From the human T2T-CHM13v2.0 reference genome, Homo sapiens: a stretch of DNA of 64,000 nt. Under the pieces are notes generated by a model. It worked only from the letters and a program-made list of their open reading frames with translations, was not told the DNA's origin and searched no databases. Shown here one piece after another: positions 38,451-54,084 of the stretch (the first letter of the stretch is position 1; each line of letters starts with the position of its first letter). Location of the stretch: assembly GCF_009914755.1 (NCBI RefSeq), contig NC_060937.1. One strand, written 5' to 3'. The position numbers and the translations under genes were made by a program.

Positions 38451-38534
38451 CGTCTGCCTTTTGGGGCTACGAAATGCAATTGCGAAAGGGGCGGGCGTCT
38501 GCCTCTCGGGGCTATGAAATGCAATCGCGAAAGG
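38451..38534. repeat. 45-bp-period tandem duplication (2 copies)
   Basis: cgtctgccttttggggctacgaaatgcaattgcgaaagg / cgtctgcctctcggggctatgaaatgcaatcgcgaaagg. Confidence 0.93.
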
Positions 38535-38695
38535 AGGAGACATAGACCACAGGTACAGTGTGCACACGAGCTTCCTTGTAGGTTCTCCTTTCCTTCATCT
38601 GGGGCCCTGGAACACCTACACGGCTCAGATTAGTCCACTGATTTCATCCATCAAAATGGTCCTCTCAGCGATGAGGCTCATCTGACAAGATGAAA

Positions 38696-38932
38696 CTCCA
38701 CTGGGTCTGCTATTACGTATAAACTTAGGGGCAAGTGGCTTCATCAGCAGCACCCTTGATACTCTCTGGGGAAGAGGCGGCACATTTCATAAAACACTGA
38801 TCATAAGGGACACTTGTTTTCCAGAGAATTCAGAAATGGACGCCGAATTTCCAGGTACTGGCGAGGTCTCCCTTGGCCTGTGTCATGCAGGAAGGTGTCA
38901 GCCTGCCCTTGACTACTCAGGGAAACGTCCAG
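38696..38932. repeat. 237-bp intragenic direct duplication, copy B
   Basis: Same orientation, 5082 bp from copy A. Confidence 0.97.
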
Positions 38933-39222
38933 AAATGGGGAGAAAAGGTTTTCGAATACTGTGTGTTCTAAGCTCCGCCCATTGAGATGAAAACCAGAGT
39001 GCAAACTGTTCAAAAATTCTCTCCCATCCTCTGTCAAACGGGCCTCTGCCTTTTGTCAAAAGGTCAGTCAACTTTCAATGAACCAGGCTCCAAGTATAAA
39101 AACCAGGAGTTAAAAAGACCAGTTAAGATTACTCACAGACCAGAACTGCGCAAGACGTCTCCCTAGGGAGTAATGACTCCATTGTTAAAACATTTCCATG
39201 TGAAATGAGTTCTAGTACTCAC

Positions 39223-39362
39223 CAGCAACGGCACCCGAGGCTAATGTGGCGATTATTGGTGTTTTGGTCCTATCATTGACGTTGGCTAAGAATTTAAATA
39301 GCAGTCCATCCTCAGCCATGGCATAGATAACCCGAGGCATGGGAAACATGGAACCTAGAAGA
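39223..39362 (-). CDS. SLC7A1: SLC7A1 coding exon 6 ([46 protein letters not shown])
   Basis: catctag|T, GCTG|gtgagt; 140 nt; not in the ORF track, translated by hand; homologous to the affinity-determining mutually exclusive exon of CAT-2. Confidence 0.96.
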
Positions 39363-40170
39363 CTAGATGGGGAGAGGCAAACCGCGTGAGTGAACCTGGC
39401 TCATAAGGGATAAAGGCACCACATCCAGCCATGCTCGGTTTACCACGGAGGAGAGGGAGTCTGAGCTCACCAAGAGCTGCCGTCCCTCCACGCTGGGTGA
39501 GGCCTGTGGCTAAAAGACTTGGCATTTAATAAATCAATCCCAGAAAGAGCACACACTGTGAATAAGGATTAAGGTAAAGAATAGGGAACATCTATCTAAC
39601 ATACACTAGCATGAGACCCAGTACAGTCTTTACAGATGGAAAACTGTATTTATTCCTGCAATTATTTCTAGCTGAATCAAACAGAAAATACAAGCATCAC
39701 TGCATTCATGAAGATTTCCCTGTGGTAAATCAATATTTACCAAATAGCTCTGTTTATACAGGCTAAGAGGAAATACGATTGGTGAAAATGTTTCTCATTA
39801 AAAGGCACTTATTCCCTTCATCAAAGTAGCTTCTGCATGACAGCCAAACTGAGGGCCAAAATATGGTGTTCAAACAGCGGGCCTGTTCCAGTGGCCAGAT
39901 TTAGGGACAGAGAACCAGTCCCTTGCTAAGCAGATGATGCTGAAAAGCCAGCCTCAGGTTCTTCTCAATAACACAACTCTTGGGATGATGAATACTGGCC
40001 AACAAGGGAAAAGCCACATGATCAAAGCTGGGTTGGGTACTGGGTCTATTTCAAGGGTAAAGAATGCTGGCAGCCAATGTGTGTCTCGCATGGCTGTACC
40101 TGGCCTGCTATAGCCTAACCCCTGCTGGTGGTTCCACCCCTAGGAGCAGCCACCACAGAAAGGCCTCTCA

Positions 40171-40410
<240 letters not shown>

Positions 40411-40915
40411 TCAGCGGAGGAGGGCACACAGCAAGAGGCAGTGTATCTGCCCACATGACACCCAAGGCCTCTCAGTGCCCCGGAACCCACGTGACCCTAC
40501 GAGAAACCTCCCTCCAGCACTCAGCCCTGTGGGCACTGGGGCCTCCTGTGCTTCCGGGAGCAGAGGGGTGGTGCTCAGGAAGACACATCAGACAGCCCAT
40601 GGCCCTGCAACAGTGTTCTCGGCCTGAATGTGGTGATGCAGCCAAGGAAGAGACTTGTTTCCTTTGGCAGAGAAAATCTGGGAGGCTCACTGAAGCCTGG
40701 CCTATTCAGTCCGCCAGGATGACAATGTTGTGAATGGCCTCACTCCTCCCGGAAGACGCTCAGATATGAAATCAGGCCACAGCCACACAGCTATGATCCC
40801 ATTCTAACAGCGGAACCTTAGCCTTATTCAAGATCCAGCTTTCATCAGGTGTTGACAGTTGGGGATGTGATAATGGTTTGGGGGTGGGAGGGCTTGGCAG
40901 GAAGCTACAAATCTA

Positions 40916-41185
<270 letters not shown>

Positions 41186-43127
41186 TCACGTCACTCGCTG
41201 CGCAGTCTGGCGTAAGGAGCTGTGCTCATCTCCTGATATGAGCGGAACCTGGCAGTCAGCCCTCCCTGTTACCGCTGCCAGGCCCTGGGCTTCAGACGCT
41301 GAGTCCAGCCACTGCATGCTAACTCCGTGTGTGCAGGCCTCCCTGCTGTTCGTGGCCCAGGGTCACAAGGGTGCAGAGTATCGCCCCTTCTAGAAGCATC
41401 TTCTAAACAATGACTAGGGTAGGGAGACGTGGGGACTATGAGGCAGGGGTCCAACAGGAAATGGGGGAGAAACCAGCCACGCGGCCAGTCCCACACCCTT
41501 CTCCCCAGGGCCCCTCGGAGGAAGGATGCAGAGCCGCCAGCCAGTCCTACCCCGGGTCCCATATTTACCAGTAACTCAATCTCAAAACAAACAATTCCAG
41601 AGAAACTAAGGCTAAAATAAAAGTCTTTGTCAGCAAAGGCATTCCTTAACTGCCTGTATGCACAAGGTGGAGTCCAGGAGGGCGCAGCTTTTGCCAGGTG
41701 TGTGGGGCCCGGGCACAGCTGGGCACTGGCCCACGGGAGGGGCTCAGCACATCTTTGCTACACTGATGAACGCAAAAGCAAAATAAGCACAGTTTACAAA
41801 CTCAGGAGTCCAGAAGAAGCAGGCTGCTTAAACATTCAGAAAACAGTCCCATAAATCTGACGCCTGTGCCGAGACACGGTGCCCAGGTTCAGTGTGGCGC
41901 TATGGCCCCTCCCAGGGCCCTGTCGGGGGTCCTTCAAGCCCTTGTTCCCTGATGTACAAAGCCCTGGCCTGTCCCCCCACATGCTGTGTTCTGGGGGTGC
42001 ACCATGCAGTCAGTGCAGGCGGCTTCCCTGGCCACCGTCCCCTGGTCAGGAGGCACATAGCCCCTGCTGGTCACCAAGTAACCCTAAGCTTTCTGCATCC
42101 AACCCTCTGCTGCCACCCGAAAAGCAATTGCACTCCTTGTGGTTCAAGAAGGGCAGTCCCTACTCCCACACCTTTGCCAGCCCCAGGGCCGCAGGCTTTC
42201 TGTCCTGTGCCAGGGTCCCACTGGCTGGCCTGGAGCCCAAGAGGACGCTCACCACCCACCTCTGTTGCCCCCACTCAACCATATTGACAGCCACCCAGCT
42301 GCACAGGACAACCTGCCCTAAACCTTGTCAGCATGAAGAGAGGAACCCTGTAGGATGCTCCCAGTCCTATAAACACTGACATCCCTCAGGTTGGCTGGGC
42401 AGCCCATTTGGTGAACTTTGCTTTCAATGGGATTTACTCACTGGCTGATAAAACAGACAGACAGACAGGATGGACCCAACTACTTTCTAATGGGGATTAA
42501 GCCTTACTAATTCCTAGAGGATCATCACAGCTCTCAGTTACAGAAACTGCCATGAAGACGCTGGAAGTACATGCATGAGAAAGCTCATGTAGATGTGGGG
42601 TTTACTGTGGTCCCATAAACAGTAACGAGAGGAAACCCCCAGAAATGTACAAGTGATGGACGCAGGAAAAACTGTGGCCAAACAAAATTTTAGTTTGTTG
42701 TGTTAGAGTATGACTAAAACTAGCAACCCAAGTTCAAAACCAAGCAGCCCAGGACAGACAAGTCAGCAGGGCCGCGGGACAGCAAAGGGCTGGAGTGGAG
42801 CTGTGCCCACCTCATCCAAACCCCCTCGCCTCTCAGGCCAGAGGCCCCGCCGGCCACCCACTCCCACCCTGGCAAACGGCTTCTGTTACTCAGTGGCCTA
42901 TGCTGAAGACAAAGCAGGTGACAACCAAATGGCTCAAGAGGGGGAGGATGAGGCCAAGGGAGGAGGGGAACTCAAGAGTCAAAATGGCTTCTGTGGGCCC
43001 CACTTTGGTGCCCTGTGGCGGCCAGGGTGACAGACGGGCAGTGAAAAGCCCCCAGATCCCCACTCAGCTCCTATGACATCAAGAGCTACCAACATGGCCT
43101 TGCGTTAAAATAAATGCATGCCCACTA

Positions 43128-43435
43128 TGGGAGGCCGAGGCGGGAGAATCACCTGAGGCCATAAGTTAGGGACCAGCTTGGGCAACATAGTGAGACCCCA
43201 TTAGTACAAAAAAAAAATTTTTTTCTGATTAGCTGGGTGTGGTGGCATATGACTATAGTCCCAGCTACTTGGGAAACTGAGGCAAGAGGATTGCTCGAGC
43301 CCAGGAGTTTGAGGCTGCTTTGAGCCATGATTGTGCCACTGCACCCCAGCCTGCGCAACTGCACCCCAGCCTGTGCAACACAGCAAAATCCTGTCTCTAA
43401 AATAATTTTTAAAAATTAAAAAATAAATAAATAAA
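43128..43435 (+). mobile_element. 5'-truncated AluJ-like element with a 20-bp internal tandem duplication
   Basis: tgggaggccgagg...ctgcaccccagcctgcgcaa ctgcaccccagcctgtgcaa; (AATA)n tail. Confidence 0.92.
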
Positions 43436-43999
43436 TGAATGCTATCATGGATAGATGAGCTTTAGGCAACCATGAGGCAGAGGCACCTAGAAAGGTCCTG
43501 AAACCTCCATTTCAGGGCAAGTGGAAAGTGCAGGGAACTGCATACATGATTAAATCCCAGAAAGAGATGAACTCACAGAAGGGGACTAAGAAGGGCTGGA
43601 ATGTGTCTTCCTCACGCAGACAGGTAAAGCACACACAACAATAAAAGCATGGAGAGAAGGAAGCAAGGGCGATGGGTGAGCGCAAAGCGAGGAGGCAAAA
43701 CAAAAGGCATCCTCCCCGGCTCCTCAGGACAGTTGCAGAAGAGACTGGATAATCCTCCAGGTTACAGAATGGGGGTGAAGGCACGTGCTGTGCTGCGCCA
43801 ACTCCAGAGCTGTGTGCAACCGTGAGCATCCGTAAACTTCCCTGCTGACTGTGACCCTGCCACACCTGCTCCTCGTACTGCGCCGCTACACCTGACCTCA
43901 GGAGGACCCACAGCCGACTTCAGGAGGACCCGGGTGCCGGGACCCTGGGCAACCATAACAATGAACAAGGGCCTGATTAAAAAAAAAAAAAAAAATCTG

Positions 44000-44280
44000 C
44001 AGGGCATGCTAGTAAGCAAGAATGCAAGGTGCAGAACAATATATACGGAGTGCCGCGTTTTGTGTAAGAAAACAGAAATAAAATATACATATTTACATTT
44101 GCTTGTGCTTACACAGGGAGAAACTGGAAGCTTACACACACACACACAATTAGAAAGTTTACCTGTGGGGGTGGGAGATGAGGTGGATGAAGAAAGGAAC
44201 GCATTGTAAATCTTTTTTAAAGCGTTATGAACCACGTAGTATTTTACCAACTCAAAAAGTTAAATTCCACCTTTAAGAAA
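44000..44280 (+). mobile_element. Old L1M 3' fragment
   Basis: aagaatgcaaggtgcagaacaatatatacg...atatttacatttgcttgtg A-rich L1ME/MC-like sequence. Confidence 0.5.
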
Positions 44281-44819
44281 AGATTGGGTGTTACTGATGC
44301 CAGTGGCAGAGTATCAACACAAAATAACCACAGAATCCATTCTACAGAGGCGCAAACCAAAACGTAGAGATATTTACTAAGGGTCTCTTTCTATGTAATC
44401 AATAATTAACCTTTTACATGCGTGTGGCAGTTGTGTTCACTCATCATCTGGCAACTCACATGTGAAAGAGAGGGGCTGCCAAGAGCCCTCACCCAGCAAA
44501 TGTCGCCCCGAGACAAAGTGAGCTTGAGTCCTGGTCTCAGCTCAGCGCTCCCTGCCCTGCAGCCTTTGACCAGCCCTTCTGTGTTCCACTCAGCTGGTCG
44601 CTCAGAAGCAGCAAAGACAATGCCTGGCATAGAAAGGGGTCAGGCCCGAGGGTCTCCCACTGCATCAGTGGTGAACTTCCTGCAGCAGGGCTCCGCCACC
44701 CTCACACCAGCCACCCTGACATCAACTGTTAGTTGTGCTCAAAAGCCACACTCCCCTGTTCTTCTACGTGGTAATGGAAACTTTAATTATTTCAGCTGGA
44801 CATATGAGCCTTAAGAATC

Positions 44820-45170
44820 AGGACTGTGTGTTTCCCAGAGTCACTAGCTGCAAGGAGTAGCCATCTGGCTAAGTTCTGATGGAGGATGTTTGAGCAGAAG
44901 TGGTGTCTGCATCTGCTGAGAAATGTCCAGGAGACGAAGTGGGGAGGGAGGGGACCCTCTGCTGTTCCCTTCTCCATCCCGCTGACTGGAGCTGGAGAAG
45001 CCGCCTTCAGCCCTGGGGCGCCTGGCCTGGATTCCTGGCTGGGTGAAGCGACAAGCTGGACTGACCAACCCCAGAGGTTAACCAAAGAAAACCAAAGCCT
45101 TATCTTGTTGAAGCCAATGTTATTTTGGGGCTTCCATCCTAACTGGCAGACACCATCCAACAAAACCTTC
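44820..45170. mobile_element. Old MaLR LTR (MLT1K/L-like)
   Basis: tttcccagagtcactagctgcaaggag...cttgttgaagccaatgttattttgggg. Confidence 0.55.
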
Positions 45171-46279
45171 TCAACAGGCTTCCATGCAGGGTTGATGCTT
45201 CACTATTGCTATGTCCACAGAACACTGGATGGGAATGCCAGCGGCAGCCTGAGTCAAAGGCACGAAGAGCCATCCAGACTGCAGGGTAACTAACACTCCT
45301 CTTCACAGACCAACAGACAGACCGACCTAGTTCCTGGGGGCCTTCCCAGGCGGCTAGGAGACAGCATCCTAAAATCACAAACCCATGTGGTCTCACGGCC
45401 TCCCATGCAAGCGGAAGCTCCTGCATGTTATATGGATTGGTTGGGCAGTGCCCTACTATTTCAGAGGAACCAGCAATGTCATGCAAGACTACATGGCTGT
45501 TGTCAGAAACACAAAGCTACGGCTGGAAAAAAAAAAGAAAGAAAGTTGCTTAGATATTTTAACAACATAATAGAGCATGCCAAGGAGGCTCCAGTCCTGC
45601 AGAACTCCACCTCCTAACATGGCCGATCCCCTGCCGTCCCTGTGGTCAGGGGGCTGGGCCCTGGCAGTGAGGCCGTCAGATGTAGCTAAGGGGGCCCCAC
45701 CTATGATCAGGGATTGGGGCAACAAATGCTGCTTTGTCTGGGGGCCGGTACAGCTAGCTCATCATTACTAGGGTACCAGCATGAGGATGACCAGTGAAAG
45801 TAAATACCATTGGCTGGCACAATCTCTTCATAAAAATAATAAAATTAAATCTCGATTGGCAACCAGTTAACAAGAGGTGCCCTATATATTTCATTCCTGA
45901 CCTATAACTAGCAACCGGTCGAATATGCTCTGAGTTTTCAAAGGCTACACGTTACTTCAACACATATTTGGAATTGGCTTCACTCCACCCTAGATTAATG
46001 GACACCCATAAATTTGGCATAAATATGACTCTGAAATGCTCGGGATGACATATTCAAAGGCCTCAGTTCTCCATAACAGAGTTTAGGAAAGCAGTTTTAT
46101 TAGAACTGCTAACCACAAAATATTAGTGTTAGTGAAGTTTCGTGCACCGAATGCCATAGTTTCCTGTTTCCATTCAAGTAGTCACACATCAATGCCTGCC
46201 CACTGGTAACAATACTGGGCGACATGGCTGGCACCTGGCCCTGAACCAGTGACCAACTGGGCATACGTGACTGCTAAGA

Positions 46280-46670
46280 TTCCCAATGTGAGATAGTGCT
46301 TCTCAGCCTCCCTTGCAGCTCTATGTGGCCCCCAGTGGACTCTTGCCAATGGAATGTCTGTGTGTCTTCTGGTCTGTCCTGAACAGACCTGAGCACTCTC
46401 CTCTACGCTCTCTTTTCCCTTCTGGAAGAGCTGGGTCATGCTCGTGCCTACAGCCAGCTCTGACCAGGCAGATGAGGACAATGTCCTGGGGGAAGATGGA
46501 GCAAGACAGAAGATGTCTAGGTCCACAGAGGCCTGTGGCAAAGCTGGCCAGCCAACGCGGACTGCTCACTTCAGGACTGGAAACATCTCTTCTTTAAAGC
46601 CACACTCCATTGTGGCAGTTGGAGGGGGTCTCTTTATCATAGCAGTTTCAACCTTCAGTCTTAATGAAGA
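46280..46670 (+). mobile_element. Old MaLR LTR (MLT1I/J-like)
   Basis: tcagcctcccttgcagct...gccaatggaatgt...gatggagcaagacagaag...tttaaagccac. Confidence 0.65.
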
Positions 46671-47442
46671 ATCACACACAAAATCCAAGTCCCCATTGTC
46701 CATCCTGAGACCTAAAGAATTACATGGAGATCTGACAACAAAGATAAAAAAGATATGACTGTTTGGCTTTTTTTTCCTAGGTTATCTGAGCTTTCAATGA
46801 GGGCTGGGCGAGAGACCTGAGATGGCACAGGGTGGAGCTGTCACCTCCAGTTCCGGATGTCTGTGTCAGAGACATGAGGGTGATGGGGCCACTGTCGCCA
46901 GGGCTTGAGCAGCACAAGTCAAATGTCGGCGAAAGACTATTGTGCTCACATTCTGACACTTCAGTCATTCTGAAAACCTTCAAAAATAGTTTCACCTATT
47001 TCTCTTCCCTCTACATTATTAATCTAATAGGAAGGTATTTAAAGGTGAAGTGAGGTCACCACGGCACTGCAGAGAAAAATCTTTTCTGAACACAAAATTC
47101 CAAAGTTGGCCATCAAACAGAATCTGGGGAAAGAGGGATCATTTAATGAGTCTGACAAGAATCCTGAATGATACACAATTTGGAATTAGGGTGATGATTT
47201 TCTTTTCCTCAGTCTTTCTTGTCATACAATAGTCTTTCCATTTCAGGGGAATAAACCTTCACACAAACTTGATACATACAAAATACCCTCAGCTACTTCA
47301 CTGCAAAAACACAAAACAATTAACAAAATATCCTCAAATAATGTTTTCTTAAAAGCACATGCCATCCTAGCCAGTTATATCCCCCATACAATCTATGTCA
47401 TTAAATGTCAACTAAGAAAAATGGTCAGAAGCAGCAACTCAC

Positions 47443-47617
47443 TTGTTCAAACAGAGACGGCCTGATGTGTTCCCAAAATCCTCCTCCGTGAGCTGCCAGT
47501 TTTTAACCGATCCTTTCACAAATCCTGACACCATTATGAAGCCCAGGACCAGGACGTTAATACAAGTGAATATTTTGTTGACCATGGCCGACTCTTTCAC
47601 ACCAAGAGTTAAAAGTC
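47443..47617 (-). CDS. SLC7A1: SLC7A1 coding exon 3 ([15 protein letters not shown]...[10 protein letters not shown])
   Basis: tttttcag|GA, ACAA|gtgagt; 175 nt. Confidence 0.97.
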
Positions 47618-48461
47618 CTGAAAAAGTGCATAGACACAAAACTTTGTCTGAGTGTTAACCACAAACTGGGAAGGTCCTTCCTGGATGGGGATAAGAAGGC
47701 GACTGAAAAAGAATCCAAGTGCATCGAGCCTCTGCAGACCTCTGTGAGCCTCTGGGAATGGGGTGGATTAATTATCTTTCTGGGGGCGGGGATCAGGGGT
47801 TTAAATCACCAAGGTTGTGGGTGCTTCCCAGGCCCTCCTAGGTGACCTCCAGATACCCTTGGGAACTGAGAAGCCCACCCAAGGGGCACCCGAGAACTGC
47901 AGAGATCTGGAGCATGAGCCCCTCTCATAGGGAGGGGAAAGCCTGGACCCGCACACCAAGCCGCTCCCTCTCACTAAAAGGATGCGTTGCTGGGAAACAA
48001 CCTCTAGGAACAATTCCAGGAAGAAAGACTTTGCATAGTTTCCTGGGAGAATGGACATTTTTCAGAAGAGGAAATTATTCTGGTTGACTTTGGGATGTTA
48101 GTGATATTAACAATAACAACTAGCTATGGTTCTGGAACCACTAACACACATGGTTCTTCGTTGGACTCAGTGCATATAAAATAACATCTGAGCTAGGCTA
48201 GCTCTAGCTTGCAAACTCACGTTTTTTTTTTAAAGAAAACTATAAGTAATAAAGATGCCCAGGAACCTCTGACAGCACTGCCTTTGAGGCACATGCCCCA
48301 GCACCACCTTAGGGTGAAGAGGTCATTCGGGTACTTCCATAGCTGAACTCTCTGCTGGGCAAGAAAAGTGGCACAGAAGGGGTTGGTACCACTCGAACAC
48401 AGCCAGGATTTGAGACCACTGCTCTGCCATGGACGCCTCTCATCGTTTTAAAATAAAAATT

Positions 48462-48807
<346 letters not shown>

Positions 48808-49728
48808 TTAGAAGAGAATTGTGTAATTAATCACAGGGAGAACACCTCAACAAACAACAATATATTGTTTCTTTAGTGTCCCTCCCTCTCAGGTTTATTA
48901 AAATGAAATCTCACTAGTGCAGACTTACTTTCTGATGCATGTTTCTGCCAGCTGGACCAGAAATACTGCTGAGACCAGCCTGAGTGAAGTTATTTCAATT
49001 ATGTGGTGTGTAAAATAAGGCATGTCATTTTTAAAACTCATCCAAGATTTTCTAACCCCAAATGAGAATTTATCTGCATTTCAGCTTCATGTTTATGGAG
49101 CCCCACAGAGCAAAACTCGCGCTGCACTGGCCAAGACACGCACAAATGTCACTAGCAAGAAGTTGCCATCAGCTGTGTTCAGGCAGTCTCTGGGATTTTT
49201 CAAATTCTGTAACCACAACTCTGTCATGAAACTTATTTACTGAAAGGGTGTTTTGATGGTTGTTAGGTGTAAAAACCATCCAAGTCATCTTCAGACGCCC
49301 CAGGCACACATTAGTGTTCCAGACGGAGCTCATTCCTCCACATTTTCCTGGCTGATGAATGACAGTTTTGCTTTCCAAATGGTCATCCACTGAGTCAAAA
49401 GAACTTTTATTCCCAGGACACTCACACAAAAAGCCTGCAGTGCAGACAAAATCTTATTCCACAAACAGCTAGGCTAAACACCTAAGATTCTCTTTTAATG
49501 AAATGGCACACAATTCAACAGCTATGAAGCAGGCCGGCCCTATCTGAATCTATAAGAAGCAATGAAGACAGGAACAAATAAAGATGCCTGCATGCAGTAC
49601 AAAAACAAAACAAAAAGAAATGGGGGTTATGGTTAAAGAGATAAGTAAAGAAAGGAACTTAACAGGAGCCTCTCACCAAACCTTTGCCCATCACTCTGAC
49701 CCGATCTCTTTTTAAGTGTGGGCTTTAC

Positions 49729-49887
49729 CTGTCAAGATGAGAATTATGATCACTGCGAATATGTCGGGGTTTTCAGCCAGCACGCCGGGGGCGTTCAGAG
49801 TCATGTGTGTCCGTGAGAACTCCCCGATGGGTCTGCCTATCAGCTCGTCGAAGGTGGCGCTCCAGGCCCTCGCTACGCTTGAAGTAC
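49729..49887 (-). CDS. SLC7A1: SLC7A1 coding exon 2 ([18 protein letters not shown]...IIILILT)
   Basis: tggcag|GT, ACAG|gtaaag; 159 nt. Confidence 0.97.
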
Positions 49888-52079
49888 CTGCCACAAAGCA
49901 CACACAACAGAGGAGATGTGAGGACAACTGTTAGCCAGGTATTTGTAGTGGAGCTCCATGTTGATAACATCATTGCAGGAGTCACCGACGGTGCACTGGA
50001 ATCTGGCAGCAGCAGCCAGACCACAGTGTATGCTGAGCCAGAAGTGACGGTCGACTAGTGCTAAGTGCGAGAAGGCTTCTAGGGCCTACAGAGGAATGCA
50101 CTTCACATCCTACCCAATATACACAGGTGTATTCTATCAAATATATATATCCGAACAAAAAGTTCGCAAAACGAGTGTTACCCTTACCACCTGAGAGGCA
50201 CTCTGATAATATTTAATGCTACCTACTTTGTTTCATTAAAAAAAGTAAACATTGATGACAACTCATGAAAAATTGATTTCATAATGCACTCCTGGGGTGC
50301 AGCTGGCAGTCTGGAGGAATGCTGCTTAGGAAGCCTCTTTTCTAGGAACCCCTTGGCTGCAGAGATGATGGTGCCTGCACCATAATTCTTCTCTCAGCAA
50401 GAAGAGGGGCCCTAGGAAGTCCTTGAAGGGGCTGAACTCCATCTCAGGGACAAAGCCACTTGCTCATCTCAGTGTTGGCATCAGCCACCTCTGCCACTTT
50501 TTGCCTGAACCTGATTCGGAGGCCACAGCATCCCCAGAGTGCAGGACAGCAGACAGACCCCAGCCCTCCTCGTTCTCCCCTCAGCCTGCACCCTCCGGCG
50601 CCGAAGAACACCAACAGGGCAGCACTCAAAATGCCAACAATAGTTGGCTGCTGTCTTTCACTCTCATTCTCTCCTCTCACATAATTCTAAAGGGTGTCAG
50701 AATGTGTTTCCATTGGTGTTTCTCAGGAAATGTCACTAAAATTCCAGCATTTTCATAGAGCGTTTTCCTTTATTTTCAAAGCGGGCCTTGTCGGTGACCA
50801 TGGTCCTAATTATCCACAGCATATTGCCACAGTGATCTGCAGAGATTCAATTTCACTATTTGGTCTTATGATAAGTAAGTATCTTTCCAACAACTCAGAA
50901 GTTTAACCACATTTCTTCCTCCTAAGCAGCCAATCTATTATGAATTCTGTAAAAATGGTCTCACCATCTCCCTGTCACCCCCAAAGCAGCTGGCTTATGG
51001 CAAACGTGGCTCCCAAACCCTGTCCTGCTCAGTGACAGGGGCTACCCCAGCCTTTCTTCCCAGCCTATCCACTCCCAATTTCTGAATTATGCCTTTTAAA
51101 AAAATGTTTGCTGGAAAAACTGCCCTTCCCAGCAGCTAAGGCTGAGAACACATTTTTATAATGCATGCAAATGGTTTCACACAAGCAAACGGCACTCTCG
51201 CAGAGCCTTACATTTGTTGGTCTAGAAGCTGCAAGCATTTCATGCTCAATGTATATTTTATGCTCAGGTAAATCCTCTGGAAACATAACGGTCCATTTAC
51301 AATAGCTACATTCCCAGTGAGAGACTTCAGCTTGTGAGAACCATGTGTGGTTGTTAAGTTTTGATGTGGCATTGAAAGAAAACATTGTGAATTTTATTTT
51401 AGAACCCAGAAGACTAAGCTATGTTGGCTCTCAGCAGATACTGCAGCTGCTGGAAAGAAAGAGAAGGTGCTGCTCGGAGAATGTGAGCGTGTGCCCTCCC
51501 CCAGCTGTCCTGGTGAAGGGGGAGTGATGCCCCCCATGCAGAGATAGGGCTGTGGGGAGCCCAGGGCTGCGAGGATCCCAGCAGGCAGCATGTGTGGCCA
51601 GGGAGGGTGTGGTGGGGTCCAGTGGGAGCTGACACAGAAGCAAGGCGGAACCCACATGGCTCAACCTAACAGGTCTTACTGATTTTTCGCTATTACCAAA
51701 AAGTTTGAGAAAAAAAATAAATGGCATGTTGAGTGGCCGTTTGTACCCTTTGCTTCTGAGACTTAGGTTTTTGTTTCTTTTAAGTTGATGTGTTCAACTT
51801 CAGTTGTAATCAAAATACAAAAAAGCATAAAGAGAAGCAAAGCGTGTTTACCTGGCAAACCAGAAAGATTTTCTACATTTGCTTCCTTATTTGCTGGGTG
51901 GATGTGTTACAGGCCGATGCCCAGTGCCCACACTGCAGGGAAAGGGGCCCCTGGCTACGTGGAGGATCACAGTCAACAAAGGCCTTAAAAACACGCAGAC
52001 CCACTGACAGCCATTCTGCTCCTTAGACAGTTTTAAGGAAAAGAATCATGGCTAAGCCCAAAGACATAAAGTAATTAAC

Positions 52080-52560
52080 TGTTAATAACAACAGCAACAA
52101 CATAATGGAAACAATCTGAACATCCCATAAAGACACCAATACGTTACGCTGTATATATAAATCTATACAATGGTAGGCAAGCATTAGAAATGTTACTGTG
52201 GAAAAATAGCTAATGATATGAGAAATGTTTACTATATATTGTTTTATAAAGAGATATAATGTAGAAAAATACACATTTAAATTCACAAAAATGTTAACCA
52301 TAGTTGTATCTGTAGACAGTAAACTTCTGAACAGAGAGTGTCTTATGCCTTCATGGGATCCCTAGTATCTAGCACAATGCCCAGCCCAGAGCAGGTACTC
52401 AATGAACATTTATTAAAAGAATGAATGAATGAATGAGAGAATTAGTTTCTCCATGTTGTCAGGCAGGGTATTTCTACTTTCTTCTTCATGCTTTTCTTTA
52501 TTTTCCCAATTTTTCTCTATCAGTGATGCATTTATTCTAGTAATTTAAAAACATACTAAA
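52080..52560. mobile_element. Old L1M fragments interrupted by an L2 3' end (~52330-52435)
   Basis: AT-rich L1ME-like sequence; tatctagcacaatgcccagc...ctcaatgaacatttatt...(gaat)n. Confidence 0.55.
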
Positions 52561-52601
52561 AGAAACTAAATACTTCTAAATGAATCAGAAACATCCTATT
52601 A

Positions 52602-53141
<540 letters not shown>

Positions 53142-54084
53142 TCATTTCACCCATTACTCTAATCTTATCACATTATGGAAACACAGACAGTGATCAGGTC
53201 CTTCATAATCATTTCCTGCTAAAACGCTTTAATTCGTAGAATTCCACCATCAATTGTCAGAAGCACGCAGACTTCTCCAGTTTCACCAGCACATACAGAA
53301 TTAACCCAGCAGGCCAACAGATACAGATGACTTCATTTCGAGGTCTCTGAGCTTCCACATTTGTAGCAGGTCCTCTTAATGGAGACTCTTCCATGGATGG
53401 AAATTATGCAGTAGAGGAAACACACATTAATGACATTGTTCCTACACTCAGTCATCAGATAATACACCAGGAAAAACAAGGTGTTAGTTCAAGTATGCTG
53501 TAATAGAAAGCAAACCAAACCATATCTTAATTTCATTACTAAATTAAATTATTAAATTATTAAAACTCAGAGGCCCTGAATGGCAATAACAATGTTTTTC
53601 TAGATCTTTCTAGGATCCCCTGAGGGTAAGGAGCAAGTTGTTTTCACTTTTAAGGTAACACAGAGGTAGGTCGAAGCAGAAAAATGTTGAGTTATTACAA
53701 GTGAGGGCTTTTCGTCACTGTTACTACTACAGGAAGCACTTTTCTTCTGGGCTGAAATGTCAGCCCAATGTGCTCTGTGGTATATGATATATATGCATAT
53801 CTGATATGCTCTTGGGCACTTATCATGAGAGGACATGTATTCATCCATCCCACCCTCACATGGGACATGCCCCATTAGGGCCCAGGACACCTTGTGCCTT
53901 GTGGGATGGCTCTGAGATTGCTTTCCTCCAACCTACGGGCCCACCTTGCCCGACCAGATGCGACAGGTGAGCCCTTGGCAAGGACAGGCCAGCAGCCACC
54001 CTCAAAAAGGGGGAGCTTTGCTCCCCACATCTGAAGGGAAGAGACTTCCTTCCATAGAGTCCAGGATGGAAGGGTGGGGGTGGG

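Noticed and set aside
38665-38747. Possible C/D-box snoRNA on the minus strand (TGATGA ... CTGA, ~82 nt) overlapping duplication copy B
   Set aside because: C box lacks the leading purine, there is no terminal stem, and the motif is broken in copy A
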